Below are positions 53,150 to 61,649 of a stretch of 64,000 nt of DNA, one piece after another. The stretch is from an uncultured Candidatus Actinomarina sp. (lineage in GTDB: Bacteria; Actinomycetota; Acidimicrobiia; Actinomarinales; Actinomarinaceae), in contig CACFFJ010000001.1 of NCBI GenBank assembly GCA_902565645.1, positions 30,352-94,351 of the forward strand, in the 5' to 3' direction. The position numbers and the translations under genes are program-made. Below the pieces are notes generated by a model that did no database searches, was not told the DNA's origin, and saw nothing but the letters and a program-made list of their open reading frames with translations. The stretch's first letter is position 1; every line of letters starts with the position of its first letter.

Positions 53150-54163
53150 AGGAAAAGTTGTTACTTCTGTAATATCAATCGAAATCTTATCACCTGGTTC
53201 AAAAATAGTCGAAGGTAATGATCTAGATCTGAATACTTGACCAACACTATTTTGAAAAGATATAACCTGATCATGCCCATAAAAAATGCACTCTTTCACA
53301 ACATACGGTCCCTTTGAGTCAAGAGTAACTTCTATACATTCTGGACGAATGGAAACATCTAAAGCTCCGTCATAAGCTGATACAAATGTACCTAAGGCGG
53401 TCTCTACTCTGCCATTTGTAGAAAAGCCCTTAATTATATTTGGGTCACCAACCGAATTCGCTACATTCTGACTTATAGGATTCAAATAGATTTCTTGAGG
53501 TGTTGCACTTTGAATAACTTTTCCTTCTTCTAGGACACTTACAATATCACAAACAGACAATGCTTCTTCCTGGTCGTGAGTTACGATAATTGCTGTTGTT
53601 TCTGTTTCATTTAAAAGGGAGACGACTTCATCTCTAAGTTGCCTTGCCATTTGAGCATCTAAACTAGTAAAAGGTTCATCAAGTAATATAACATCTGGCT
53701 TGGGGGCTAAGGCTCTAGCAAGAGCCACCCTCTGTTGCTGTCCTCCTGAAATATCTTGGGGGAATTTATTTTTATATTGATTTAAATTACACATTTCTAA
53801 AACTTCATTTAAACGTCCATTGTTTATTTCTTCATTAGATAAGCCAAATGCAATATTTTTTTCAACATTTAAGTGTGGGAACAATGCATAGTCTTGAAAA
53901 ACCATACCTATATTTCTTTCTTCTGGAGGTAAATTTACTTCTTCACTAAATACAGTTTTATCATGCATTTCAATAATTCCTGAATCTGGATTTTCAAAAC
54001 CTGCTAACAATCTAAGTGCAGTAGTTTTTCCTGAACCTGAGACACCTAGAATCCCAAATATTGAACCTTTCCAAACATCTAAATTGAAGTCTGTTAGAAC
54101 AACCTCTTCACCATAAGACTTGCTAAGTGACCTTGCTCTTATAATTAAATCGTCAAAAACCAT
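53138..54163 (-). CDS. fbpC: Fe(III)-type ABC importer ATP-binding protein
   Basis: 341 aa with Walker A GVSGSGKTT, signature ISGGQQQRVALARAL, Walker B ILLDEPF and a C-terminal TOBE-like regulatory domain. Confidence 0.85.
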   Translation of the reverse strand: MVFDDLIIRARSLSKSYGEEVVLTDFNLDVWKGSIFGILGVSGSGKTTALRLLAGFENPDSGIIEMHDKTVFSEEVNLPPEERNIGMVFQDYALFPHLNVEKNIAFGLSNEEINNGRLNEVLEMCNLNQYKNKFPQDISGGQQQRVALARALAPKPDVILLDEPFTSLDAQMARQLRDEVVSLLNETETTAIIVTHDQEEALSVCDIVSVLEEGKVIQSATPQEIYLNPISQNVANSVGDPNIIKGFSTNGRVETALGTFVSAYDGALDVSIRPECIEVTLDSKGPYVVKECIFYGHDQVISFQNSVGQVFRSRSLPSTIFEPGDKISIDITEVTTFPSNT

Positions 54164-54165
54164 TT

Positions 54166-55722
54166 TTACCTATTTAAATTCCTCGTACTTAATATATAAG
54201 TAGGAATTGCACTTATTGCCAACAATATAAAAGCAGAAAATGCTGCTTGTGTAAATAAACCCTCTGATGCAAAGGACCAAACATCAACAGCCATAGTATT
54301 GAAACCAGTAGGTCTTAGTAATAGTGTCTGTGGTAGCTCTTTCATGGTTGAAAGAAAAACCAATGCCCCACCAGCAAATAAGCCTCTATATATTAAAGGA
54401 AAGGTAACTTTACGGAAAGTCTCAAGTTTTGACTTACCGAGACTTGAACTTGCGTCAATATAAGAAGCTTTGACTTGTTCCATAGAGGCTTGACCTCCTC
54501 CTACAGCTTGAGGTAAAAATACAATTAAATAAGAAATTACCAAAGCAAAAAAGCTTTGATATATAGATGGAAAGATTTTTATTGTTATAAACAAAATAGA
54601 TACTCCTACAGCAAGATGAGGCAATCCATACAATGAAAGAATTACTTTCTCTAGAACATCTCCAAATCTCGATCTATATTGAGAAATCAATATAACTATC
54701 GGCATAGAAATTATTACTGCAAGGATTGAAGTAACAATTGAGGCAGAAAAAGAACCTACTACTCCTCCAAAAACTGCCCTTACGTCATTCCCGACTGAAA
54801 GGCCTCTTATTAACCAGTAAGAAAGAACTGAAACAGGTAGTAACAAGCTAAAAAATATAACCGTAATAAAAAATAAATAGACAAAAAATTTATTCCTTGA
54901 ACTCAATTCAACTTTTGCTGGGATTCTAGGTGTTCCTGAAACTTTTGCTGCCCTTGAGACGTCCGACCCTCTTTGTATGAAGCTAATTATTAACGCTAAG
55001 AAAATTAACAACCCTGAATAAAAAATAATTGGATCGCCCAGTAAGCTGAATTCGTAATAAGTGTATATCGCTTTTGTAATTGTTGAATACTTCATTAACG
55101 AAACTGCACCAAAGTCTGAGATCACATAAAGACCTACTAAAAGAGATGAATATATAATTGGTTTTTTTAATCTTGGTATGACTACAGATGTGTAAATTCG
55201 GAATCTTTTTGTTCCAAGAGATCTTGCAGCTTCTTCAACTGTTGAATCAAGATTTCTCAATGCACTACTACAAATTAATTGTACATAAGGGTATGTAAAC
55301 AAAGTTAAAGCTATCCAACTACCTATAAATCCTTCTATACCGTTTATTTCACTAATACCCGTAAATGAAAATAATTGAACAAATAATCCTTTTGGAGAAA
55401 AGGCTGATACATAAGTTAAGGCCCCGATATATGAGGGAATTACTAATGGTAAAGCACATAATGTGAATAATATTTTTGAATATCGAATTTCGAATCTGAT
55501 TAATAATATTGAAATTAATAACCCGACTGTTACGCTTGAAAATACAACCACAAAAAACATAGAAATAGTATTAAACAATAAACCATATACATTCCAAGAC
55601 TCAAAAAAACTTTCAAATGACCTTGTAAATGTAAAAAATCTCCAAACCATATAAAACACAGGCATTAAGAAAGTTGTAAGTATAACTATATTTGAAAGCA
55701 ACAATCCTTTAGGAGTTTTCAC
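54166..55722 (-). CDS. fbpB: Fe(III)-type ABC importer permease (fused double permease)
   Basis: 518 aa, about 12 TM, with two EAA-like loops (..EEAARSLG.. and ..IDASSSLG..), as in FbpB/HitB-type permeases. Confidence 0.82.
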   Translation of the reverse strand: MKTPKGLLLSNIVILTTFLMPVFYMVWRFFTFTRSFESFFESWNVYGLLFNTISMFFVVVFSSVTVGLLISILLIRFEIRYSKILFTLCALPLVIPSYIGALTYVSAFSPKGLFVQLFSFTGISEINGIEGFIGSWIALTLFTYPYVQLICSSALRNLDSTVEEAARSLGTKRFRIYTSVVIPRLKKPIIYSSLLVGLYVISDFGAVSLMKYSTITKAIYTYYEFSLLGDPIIFYSGLLIFLALIISFIQRGSDVSRAAKVSGTPRIPAKVELSSRNKFFVYLFFITVIFFSLLLPVSVLSYWLIRGLSVGNDVRAVFGGVVGSFSASIVTSILAVIISMPIVILISQYRSRFGDVLEKVILSLYGLPHLAVGVSILFITIKIFPSIYQSFFALVISYLIVFLPQAVGGGQASMEQVKASYIDASSSLGKSKLETFRKVTFPLIYRGLFAGGALVFLSTMKELPQTLLLRPTGFNTMAVDVWSFASEGLFTQAAFSAFILLAISAIPTYILSTRNLNR

Positions 55723-55751
55723 AACTATAAGAATATCCCCTAATTGTAGTT

Positions 55752-55795
55752 ATTTAAAGAAAAAATCTGACCAGATTACTCTGATCAGATTTTTC
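55752..55795 (-). terminator. intra-operon hairpin with U-tract between the binding-protein and permease genes
   Basis: An 11-bp stem (55764-55774 with 55781-55791, one G-U pair in the minus-strand RNA) and a 6-nt loop. On the minus strand it is followed by UUUUUCUUU. Confidence 0.55.
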
Positions 55796-55849
55796 CGGTT
55801 CGGTTTCGAGTTAATTAATGACTGACTAAGAAATTAATTAATGAAAACT

Positions 55850-56959
55850 CTAAAAACCTGCTCCAGCTATTAACTCAACAGCTTTTTCTTGCCATATAGC
55901 TAATGCTGACCAGTTCAAATCCGTTGGAGAATTTAAACTATTTATATCTGGTAAAAGCGCGTTTGGTGTAATACCTGGTACGAGAGGGAACTCGAATACT
56001 GTATTAGTGAAATGCTCCTGTGCACTTGTTGAGTGTAAATACTCAATAAATGCTAAAGCTGCTGGTTTATTTTGACTAGAAGACAAAATTCCTGCACCTG
56101 CTGGCATAACCATTGCACCACAACCACCATCCAAATATACATTCTTTACAGGACTATCACCATTTTCAGCCAATACCCTTAAAGTGTAATAATGGTTTAT
56201 CATTCCGATGTCTAACTCACCTGCATCTGCTGCTGCAACTTGAGGAGAGTTCTTTGGATATTCTCCATAATCAAGACTGTTAATTCCTGACAACCATTCA
56301 GCAACTTTTTCTTCACCGTCTTGTTCGATCATACAAGCGATCATTGCAATAAATGAAGAGTTGCTTGGAGCAAGTCCCAATCTTCCTCGGAATTTTTCAT
56401 CATTCAATCCGTAAATGTCTCCTGGAAGTTCTGATTCAGTTACATCTCTTGTGTCAATAACTAATGATCTTGATCTACCAGATGTACCAACCCAGTAACC
56501 TCTCTGATCAACTGCCCAAGCAGGAACATTGTCTAATATATCTTCGGGCAATACATCAAACAAACCTTCTTTTGCAACAACACCAAGACTTACAGGATCT
56601 TGTGATAGGAAAACATCAGCTGGGCTAATTGCTCCTTCAAGAGCTAAGGTTCCAGCCAAAGCAGCGCTTTTAGCGTATCTAACTTCAACTGTTACTCCTG
56701 TTTCAGCAGCAAATGCTGCGATTACATCAGCAACTAAGCTTTCTTTTCTACCACTATAAATTACAAGTGTTCCTCCAACTTCAGTTTCTGGTTCTGCCAA
56801 AGCAGCTTCAACAGCTGCAGCAACTTGAGCATCAGAAACTTCACCTGCAGGACCCTGTGCTCCCTGTTCTCCTTGTTCTCCTTGTGGACCAGCTTCACCA
56901 GCACAAGCAGCAAACAACATCAGAAGTACAGAGATTAAAGCGATTGATTTCTTATTCAT
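55850..56959 (-). CDS. fbpA: Fe(III) ABC transporter substrate-binding lipoprotein (FbpA/FutA/IdiA family)
   Basis: 369 aa with a lipobox (LFAAC), a Gly-X-Y linker, ISPADVFLSQD, YWVGTSGRSRSLVIDT and the INHYY tandem-Tyr iron-ligand motif. It is GC-richer than its neighbours. Confidence 0.85.
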   Translation of the reverse strand: MNKKSIALISVLLMLFAACAGEAGPQGEQGEQGAQGPAGEVSDAQVAAAVEAALAEPETEVGGTLVIYSGRKESLVADVIAAFAAETGVTVEVRYAKSAALAGTLALEGAISPADVFLSQDPVSLGVVAKEGLFDVLPEDILDNVPAWAVDQRGYWVGTSGRSRSLVIDTRDVTESELPGDIYGLNDEKFRGRLGLAPSNSSFIAMIACMIEQDGEEKVAEWLSGINSLDYGEYPKNSPQVAAADAGELDIGMINHYYTLRVLAENGDSPVKNVYLDGGCGAMVMPAGAGILSSSQNKPAALAFIEYLHSTSAQEHFTNTVFEFPLVPGITPNALLPDINSLNSPTDLNWSALAIWQEKAVELIAGAGF

Positions 56960-56989
56960 AATTTATTAACCTTTAATTTGCTTATTATT

Positions 56990-57009
56990 TTGTTAATAGT
57001 AGTTAACAA
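56990..57009. promoter_or_regulatory. candidate operator palindrome TTGTTAA-N6-TTAACAA in the fbpA/hemH divergent promoter region
   Basis: Perfect 7-bp inverted arms with a 6-bp spacer. The same half-sites recur upstream of the DtxR-family gene at 58417-58436. Confidence 0.45.
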
Positions 57010-57087
57010 GTAAAGTTAAGTGTAATTATTTTTCAAAATATTATTAGTAAATTTATTGTTCTTTAAGATCTTAATTATTATTGAATA

Positions 57088-58119
57088 ATGTCATTAAGCC
57101 AGAATGAAGGTGTCCTTTTAGTTAACCTAGGATCACCACAAGAACTTAACAAAAAGAGTGTTAGAAGATACTTAAAGGTTTTTTTATCTGACGATTATGT
57201 TGTTGATTTACCTAAATTTCTTCAACAATTTATACTAAGATTTTTTATTCTCCCATTTAGACCTAAGAAAACACTTGAAGCTTACAGTCAGATTTGGACA
57301 TCAAAGGGCTCCCCTTTGATAGTGTCTACAAGTCAAATTGCTAAAAAACTAAAAGAAAGAACTAATTGGAATATCGAAATTGCTATGCGCTATGAAGAGC
57401 CAAGTATAGAAAAAGCTTTAAGTAAATTGAGCAATCAAGGATGTAAAAAACTCTTTGTTATTCCTTTATATCCCCATAATGCAATGGCAACAACGCTAAC
57501 TACTGAATTAGAAGTAAAAAGGATTTCAAAAAAAATTTTTGAAAACCTTAATATCATCTTCATCAACCCTTTCTACAGCAATGAAAAATATATAGAAGCG
57601 TTGAAAAACAGTATCAAGCCTTATTTGAAGCAAAATAATTTTGATAAGTTAATTTTCAGTTACCACGGAATACCAAAAAGACAGGTAATAAAGACAGATT
57701 CTACAGGATTACACTGTTTTTCTACAGAAGACTGTTGTGAAATGGTGTGTCCAGGTTCTAATAAATGCTATAAAGCACATGTAGTCCAAGCGACTAATAG
57801 AGTCTCAGAGGAACTTAAATTAAATCAGAAAAATTGGGAAATAACTTTTCAGTCAAGAATAGGGCCAGGTTGGTTAAAACCATTCACAGATAAACGATTA
57901 GCTAAGATGCCTAGTGAAGGAGTAAAATCAATCGGTATAGTTTGCCCTTCTTTTATCTCTGATTGTTTAGAGACTTTAGAGGAGATTGATATCCGTGGAA
58001 GGAAAACCTTTATCGATGCCGGAGGTAAGAATATGACATATATACCTTGTTTAAATGACTCAGAAGATACTATAAATTTGTTAGAGTCACTTGTTTTGGA
58101 AAGCAATAATTATATTTAA
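57088..58119 (+). CDS. hemH: ferrochelatase with an internal Cys-rich insertion
   Basis: 343 aa with LVNLGSP, FSYHGIP and TFQSRIGPGWLKPFTD. The insertion reads C210-x5-CC-x3-C-x5-C227. Confidence 0.9.
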   Translation: MSLSQNEGVLLVNLGSPQELNKKSVRRYLKVFLSDDYVVDLPKFLQQFILRFFILPFRPKKTLEAYSQIWTSKGSPLIVSTSQIAKKLKERTNWNIEIAMRYEEPSIEKALSKLSNQGCKKLFVIPLYPHNAMATTLTTELEVKRISKKIFENLNIIFINPFYSNEKYIEALKNSIKPYLKQNNFDKLIFSYHGIPKRQVIKTDSTGLHCFSTEDCCEMVCPGSNKCYKAHVVQATNRVSEELKLNQKNWEITFQSRIGPGWLKPFTDKRLAKMPSEGVKSIGIVCPSFISDCLETLEEIDIRGRKTFIDAGGKNMTYIPCLNDSEDTINLLESLVLESNNYI

Positions 58120-58416
58120 TAATTTAATTATTTTGTTAATTCGAATCTCTTAATAAGAGCACGTGGGAATATTTTTCCGCCTGAACGGACAACCCACATG
58201 AATGCGGCAAGTATATAAGCAAATGGACACGCCATACTCTTATTTTAGACGATGATTAGTATAAAAGAAATGGATATAAATATAAAAGAACAAGAAAAAG
58301 ATCCCAAACTTATTAGAAAATTTGAACCATTTATTTGGGTAGCTTTTTTTGCATTAACAGCTTTGGTTGGCTGCCCCGCTTTTTAATTTAAAATCTAATT
58401 CACAATTTCTCATGTT

Positions 58417-58436
58417 TTGTTAATACCTGTTAACAT
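58417..58436. promoter_or_regulatory. candidate operator TTGTTAA-N6-TTAACAt immediately upstream of the DtxR-family gene
   Basis: Same half-site and spacing as 56990-57009, with 6 of 7 bp in the right arm. It ends 5 nt before the GTG at 58442. Confidence 0.4.
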
Positions 58437-58441
58437 TATAA

Positions 58442-59146
58442 GTGGTTATGGATAAATCAAAAAATATTTTATCTCATGAAAAAGATGGTCAAGAATTGAT
58501 TGAGAAATTTCCAACGTCCTTTTTTTCTCATGCAGAGGCTATTTATCATTTACAAGAAGCAGGTATTGAGCTTAAAAAAACAAGAGTGGCTGACTGGTTA
58601 GAATCTAGCAGAGCAAACGTATCACAAGTTATAGGTAGAATGCAAAATAGTGGTTTAGTGTCTTTTGGGGAAAATCTTAAATTAACTGATAAGGGCTTAT
58701 GTTTAGCAAAAATAATCACTAGAAGACATAGGATAACTGAGAGATTCTTATCAGAAGTTTTGGACTTACCTTGGAACGAAGTCTACGAAGAATCCTCTAG
58801 GTGGGAAAATATCTTAAGCCCAACTACAGAAAAAGCAATGCTAAAGATCTTAGGAAACCCAACAACAGGACCTTTTGGTAATCCCATCCCATATTCAGAT
58901 TATAAAGAAAAAGAAATGTACCCACTTTTAGATGTAGAATCAAAAAAAAGTTATTCTATTGAAAAAATAACTGAAGAACTAAAAAAAGATAGCTCAATGA
59001 TAGATTTCTTACAGACACATAATATGATTCCGGGAAGTAAAGTTAGTATTGCTGATGCTGGGGAATTCTCAATAACCATTACTACAGATAACAATAACTA
59101 CTTCGGTATAGATAAATTTATTGCTAAAAGAGTGTTTGTCGTATGA
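58442..59146 (+). CDS. DtxR/IdeR-family metalloregulator with a C-terminal SH3/FeoA-like domain
   Basis: 234 aa. HTH ..RVADWLESSRANVSQVIGRMQNSGLV, dimerisation helix RRHRITERFL and ..GPFGNPIP. The start is either GTG 58442 or ATG 58448. Confidence 0.85.
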   Translation: MVMDKSKNILSHEKDGQELIEKFPTSFFSHAEAIYHLQEAGIELKKTRVADWLESSRANVSQVIGRMQNSGLVSFGENLKLTDKGLCLAKIITRRHRITERFLSEVLDLPWNEVYEESSRWENILSPTTEKAMLKILGNPTTGPFGNPIPYSDYKEKEMYPLLDVESKKSYSIEKITEELKKDSSMIDFLQTHNMIPGSKVSIADAGEFSITITTDNNNYFGIDKFIAKRVFVV

Positions 59147-59625
59147 CTAACTTCTTAGAGCAAATCCCTACAATAATTTTTTCATATATAGGTGGAGGAA
59201 TATTTGTACTATTAATTCTCTATAAATTTTATCCAAAAATATTTTTATCAATCCATAAACCATTTTTCTTTACAATTGGAGTTCTTTCATTATCTTTGGG
59301 ATACATTGGAATTGTAGTACCAGGATTACCAACAACAGTATTTATACTCATCTCAGCTTGGGCTTTTTCAAAATGCTCTGAAAGATTTACAGCATGGTTA
59401 GAAAATCATAGAATCTTTGGTCCAATAATTCTCAACTGGAAGACATATAGAGGTTTGTCTAGAAGAGCTAAGAAACTTGCTATAGCAATGATTATTCCAA
59501 CTTTTATTTTGACAATTTATTTAGTTTTCTCATTAGTTGGTGATTTAATTTTTGGTGGTTTCGGAATTGCATTATGCACTTGGCTTGCAACAAGACCTGA
59601 GCCGCCTGTTGAAACTAGTAACTAA
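59143..59625 (+). CDS. ybaN: DUF454/YbaN-family inner-membrane protein
   Basis: 160 aa with [29 protein letters not shown]. There is an ATGA overlap with the regulator gene. Confidence 0.75.
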   Translation: MTNFLEQIPTIIFSYIGGGIFVLLILYKFYPKIFLSIHKPFFFTIGVLSLSLGYIGIVVPGLPTTVFILISAWAFSKCSERFTAWLENHRIFGPIILNWKTYRGLSRRAKKLAIAMIIPTFILTIYLVFSLVGDLIFGGFGIALCTWLATRPEPPVETSN

Positions 59626-60224
59626 TTAGCTTCTGGTATTTGATAGTCAATAGGAGAGACTTTGTCTAATTCGAAAACATCTCTTGCTTGAGCTTCATAA
59701 TTTAACCCTATAGAGATTTGGTCTCCCTCAGTTACTCTATTTCCCTCTTCATCAAGCCGAGCATTAAATGTAGCCTTTTTACCAGATTTACATATTGTTT
59801 TAAGCTCAACTAATTCATCTGCCCAACCTAAAAGATATGCGCTTCCTGGAAAAGGCTCCCCTCTAAAATCGGTTCTTAATCCATAACAAAGTACAGGTAT
59901 TTTTAGTTTGTCCACTACCAAAGTAAGTTGTAAAACCTGCTTTGGTGTTAAAAATTGGGCTTCATCAACTAAAACACAAGAAATCGGTTCACGTTGATGT
60001 TCGTGTGCGGTCCAAACATAAAGGTCGTCTTCGCCTTCAAATTTCTCAACTTCTCTTTCTAAACCTATCCTTGAAGTAATTTTTCCTTCTCCAAATCTAT
60101 CATCTAATTTTGGAGTAAAAATCAATGAACGCATCTCTCTTTCTTCATAGTTGTATGCTGACTGAAGTAAGTTTGTGCTTTTTCCAGCATTCATAGCTGC
60201 ATAGTAAAAATAAAGTTTTGCCAT
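59622..60224 (-). CDS. tdk: thymidine kinase
   Basis: 200 aa. [23 protein letters not shown] and [14 protein letters not shown] are close to enterobacterial Tdk as I recall it. Confidence 0.92.
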   Translation of the reverse strand: MAKLYFYYAAMNAGKSTNLLQSAYNYEEREMRSLIFTPKLDDRFGEGKITSRIGLEREVEKFEGEDDLYVWTAHEHQREPISCVLVDEAQFLTPKQVLQLTLVVDKLKIPVLCYGLRTDFRGEPFPGSAYLLGWADELVELKTICKSGKKATFNARLDEEGNRVTEGDQISIGLNYEAQARDVFELDKVSPIDYQIPEAN

Positions 60225-60276
60225 ATTTTTATATTACTCAATTATTCTTATCTTTATTCTTTTGTATCATAGAAAT

Positions 60277-60657
60277 ATGGAAAATATTTTAACATTTGTT
60301 CACATGGTAAGTTTATGTATTTGGCTTGGCTCAATGGTTACATGGGCAGTTTTTGCACCAAAGTTATACAAAATTGACCCATCAAAAAATACAACAAATA
60401 CTCTTCGTGGATCATTTACTAAGATATCTTGGGGTTCTTTCTGGGTTGCATTTAGTTCAAATAGTTTAATTCAATTAACTACTGATTCATCTTCTAATTG
60501 GATGAACGAATTAATTTTTCTTTCAGTAGCTGCTGGAATAATTGCTTTACACAGCTTGCTTGGGAATAAATTAAGTGCAGCTATTAGAGGAATGTTAAAT
60601 GGTGTAATGTTAATAATCGCACTTGTCGTTGTATATCTAGCTACAAGCTATATTTAA
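60277..60657 (+). CDS. small 4-TM membrane protein (hypothetical)
   Basis: ATG at 60277 (MENILTF..); the track extends it to a TTG at 60262. It has four hydrophobic segments. No family recognised. Confidence 0.45.
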   Translation: MENILTFVHMVSLCIWLGSMVTWAVFAPKLYKIDPSKNTTNTLRGSFTKISWGSFWVAFSSNSLIQLTTDSSSNWMNELIFLSVAAGIIALHSLLGNKLSAAIRGMLNGVMLIIALVVVYLATSYI

Positions 60658-60658
60658 T

Positions 60659-61204
60659 TTAATTTGATTTAATTAGATTTACTTCTTTAGGGGTTATTAC
60701 CCCTGAACCTCTTAAGAGAATATTTCTTGAATCTTTTTCTATCAAAAACCAATATATAGATTGTTCATCAGGTATTTCTAGACTTTGTTTAAATTCTTCT
60801 TTATCAATATAGGCTGTTATTGTTCTATTTCTGATTCTGTCTTCTCTTATAGCTCTTCTCATGACTCCGTCTAGATAAATTTCATTCAGTTTTGTAGACT
60901 TTCTAATTGTTGGAACTTCGATAATATTATGTGTTAAATCTAGTTTATCTTTTTCAAGATTTTCAATTGACTCATCAACTAAAGGTTGATGCCATTGTTG
61001 AAATGCAACAATAACAATTAAATCTCTATCAACAAAATCATCAGGTACAATTTTTTTAACTTTGTTTAAGTTATTTCCCTGAATTGATGGAAATTCATTA
61101 ATTTCTGAGCTCATACTTGAATTTTCGTTATTTCCACAAGCAAATACAAATAGAAAAGCTGATAAAACAAAGACAAATTTAGAGGGGGTTGAGAACTTCT
61201 TCAA
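60659..61204 (-). CDS. lipoprotein (hypothetical)
   Basis: 181 aa with a signal peptide plus lipobox (LFVFAC). No family recognised. Confidence 0.5.
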   Translation of the reverse strand: MKKFSTPSKFVFVLSAFLFVFACGNNENSSMSSEINEFPSIQGNNLNKVKKIVPDDFVDRDLIVIVAFQQWHQPLVDESIENLEKDKLDLTHNIIEVPTIRKSTKLNEIYLDGVMRRAIREDRIRNRTITAYIDKEEFKQSLEIPDEQSIYWFLIEKDSRNILLRGSGVITPKEVNLIKSN

Positions 61205-61610
61205 GATTCTTTATATTTGTATCCATTAATTTTTTAAACTTAGGACCAAAAAATAATCCTATAATGATAAAAATTCCCTTGTATTTAATATCTATTGAGT
61301 AGGTGAGTTCAGTGCCTTTAGCATTCGCAGATAAAAATATAGTATCTACTAATTCAAAATTATTAGTATTTGCTCTTAGTGAAGCTCGAAGAGGTGCTCC
61401 CCACTCAATTACTTCGTAATCCAAAACCATTTCTCTATTGTTAAAATGTGTTTTTACTTTAAATACTGAGCCCTCTCTTAAGGGTTCCTTTGTAATAAGT
61501 TCTGCCTCATCACCTTCATTCCATTTATCTAAGTTTCTGAAGTCGGCAGTAAAATTAAAAGCAGATTCAATGTCTGTATTTACAGTTATGGTTCTTGAAT
61601 AAACTGGCAT
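61179..61610 (-). CDS. SRPBCC (START/polyketide-cyclase-like) superfamily protein
   Basis: 143 aa. The N-terminal pattern ..I.V......F.F.ADF.NL..W is typical of SRPBCC proteins. Confidence 0.6.
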   Translation of the reverse strand: MPVYSRTITVNTDIESAFNFTADFRNLDKWNEGDEAELITKEPLREGSVFKVKTHFNNREMVLDYEVIEWGAPLRASLRANTNNFELVDTIFLSANAKGTELTYSIDIKYKGIFIIIGLFFGPKFKKLMDTNIKNLEEVLNPL

Positions 61611-61649
61611 ATTACAATTTTAAGCGAAAAATCGTTCTATGAAAAAAAT

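Noticed and set aside
58133-58158. A third TTGTTAA half-site just after the hemH stop.
   Set aside because: There is no matching TTAACA arm at the 6-bp spacing, so it is probably a chance occurrence in AT-rich DNA.
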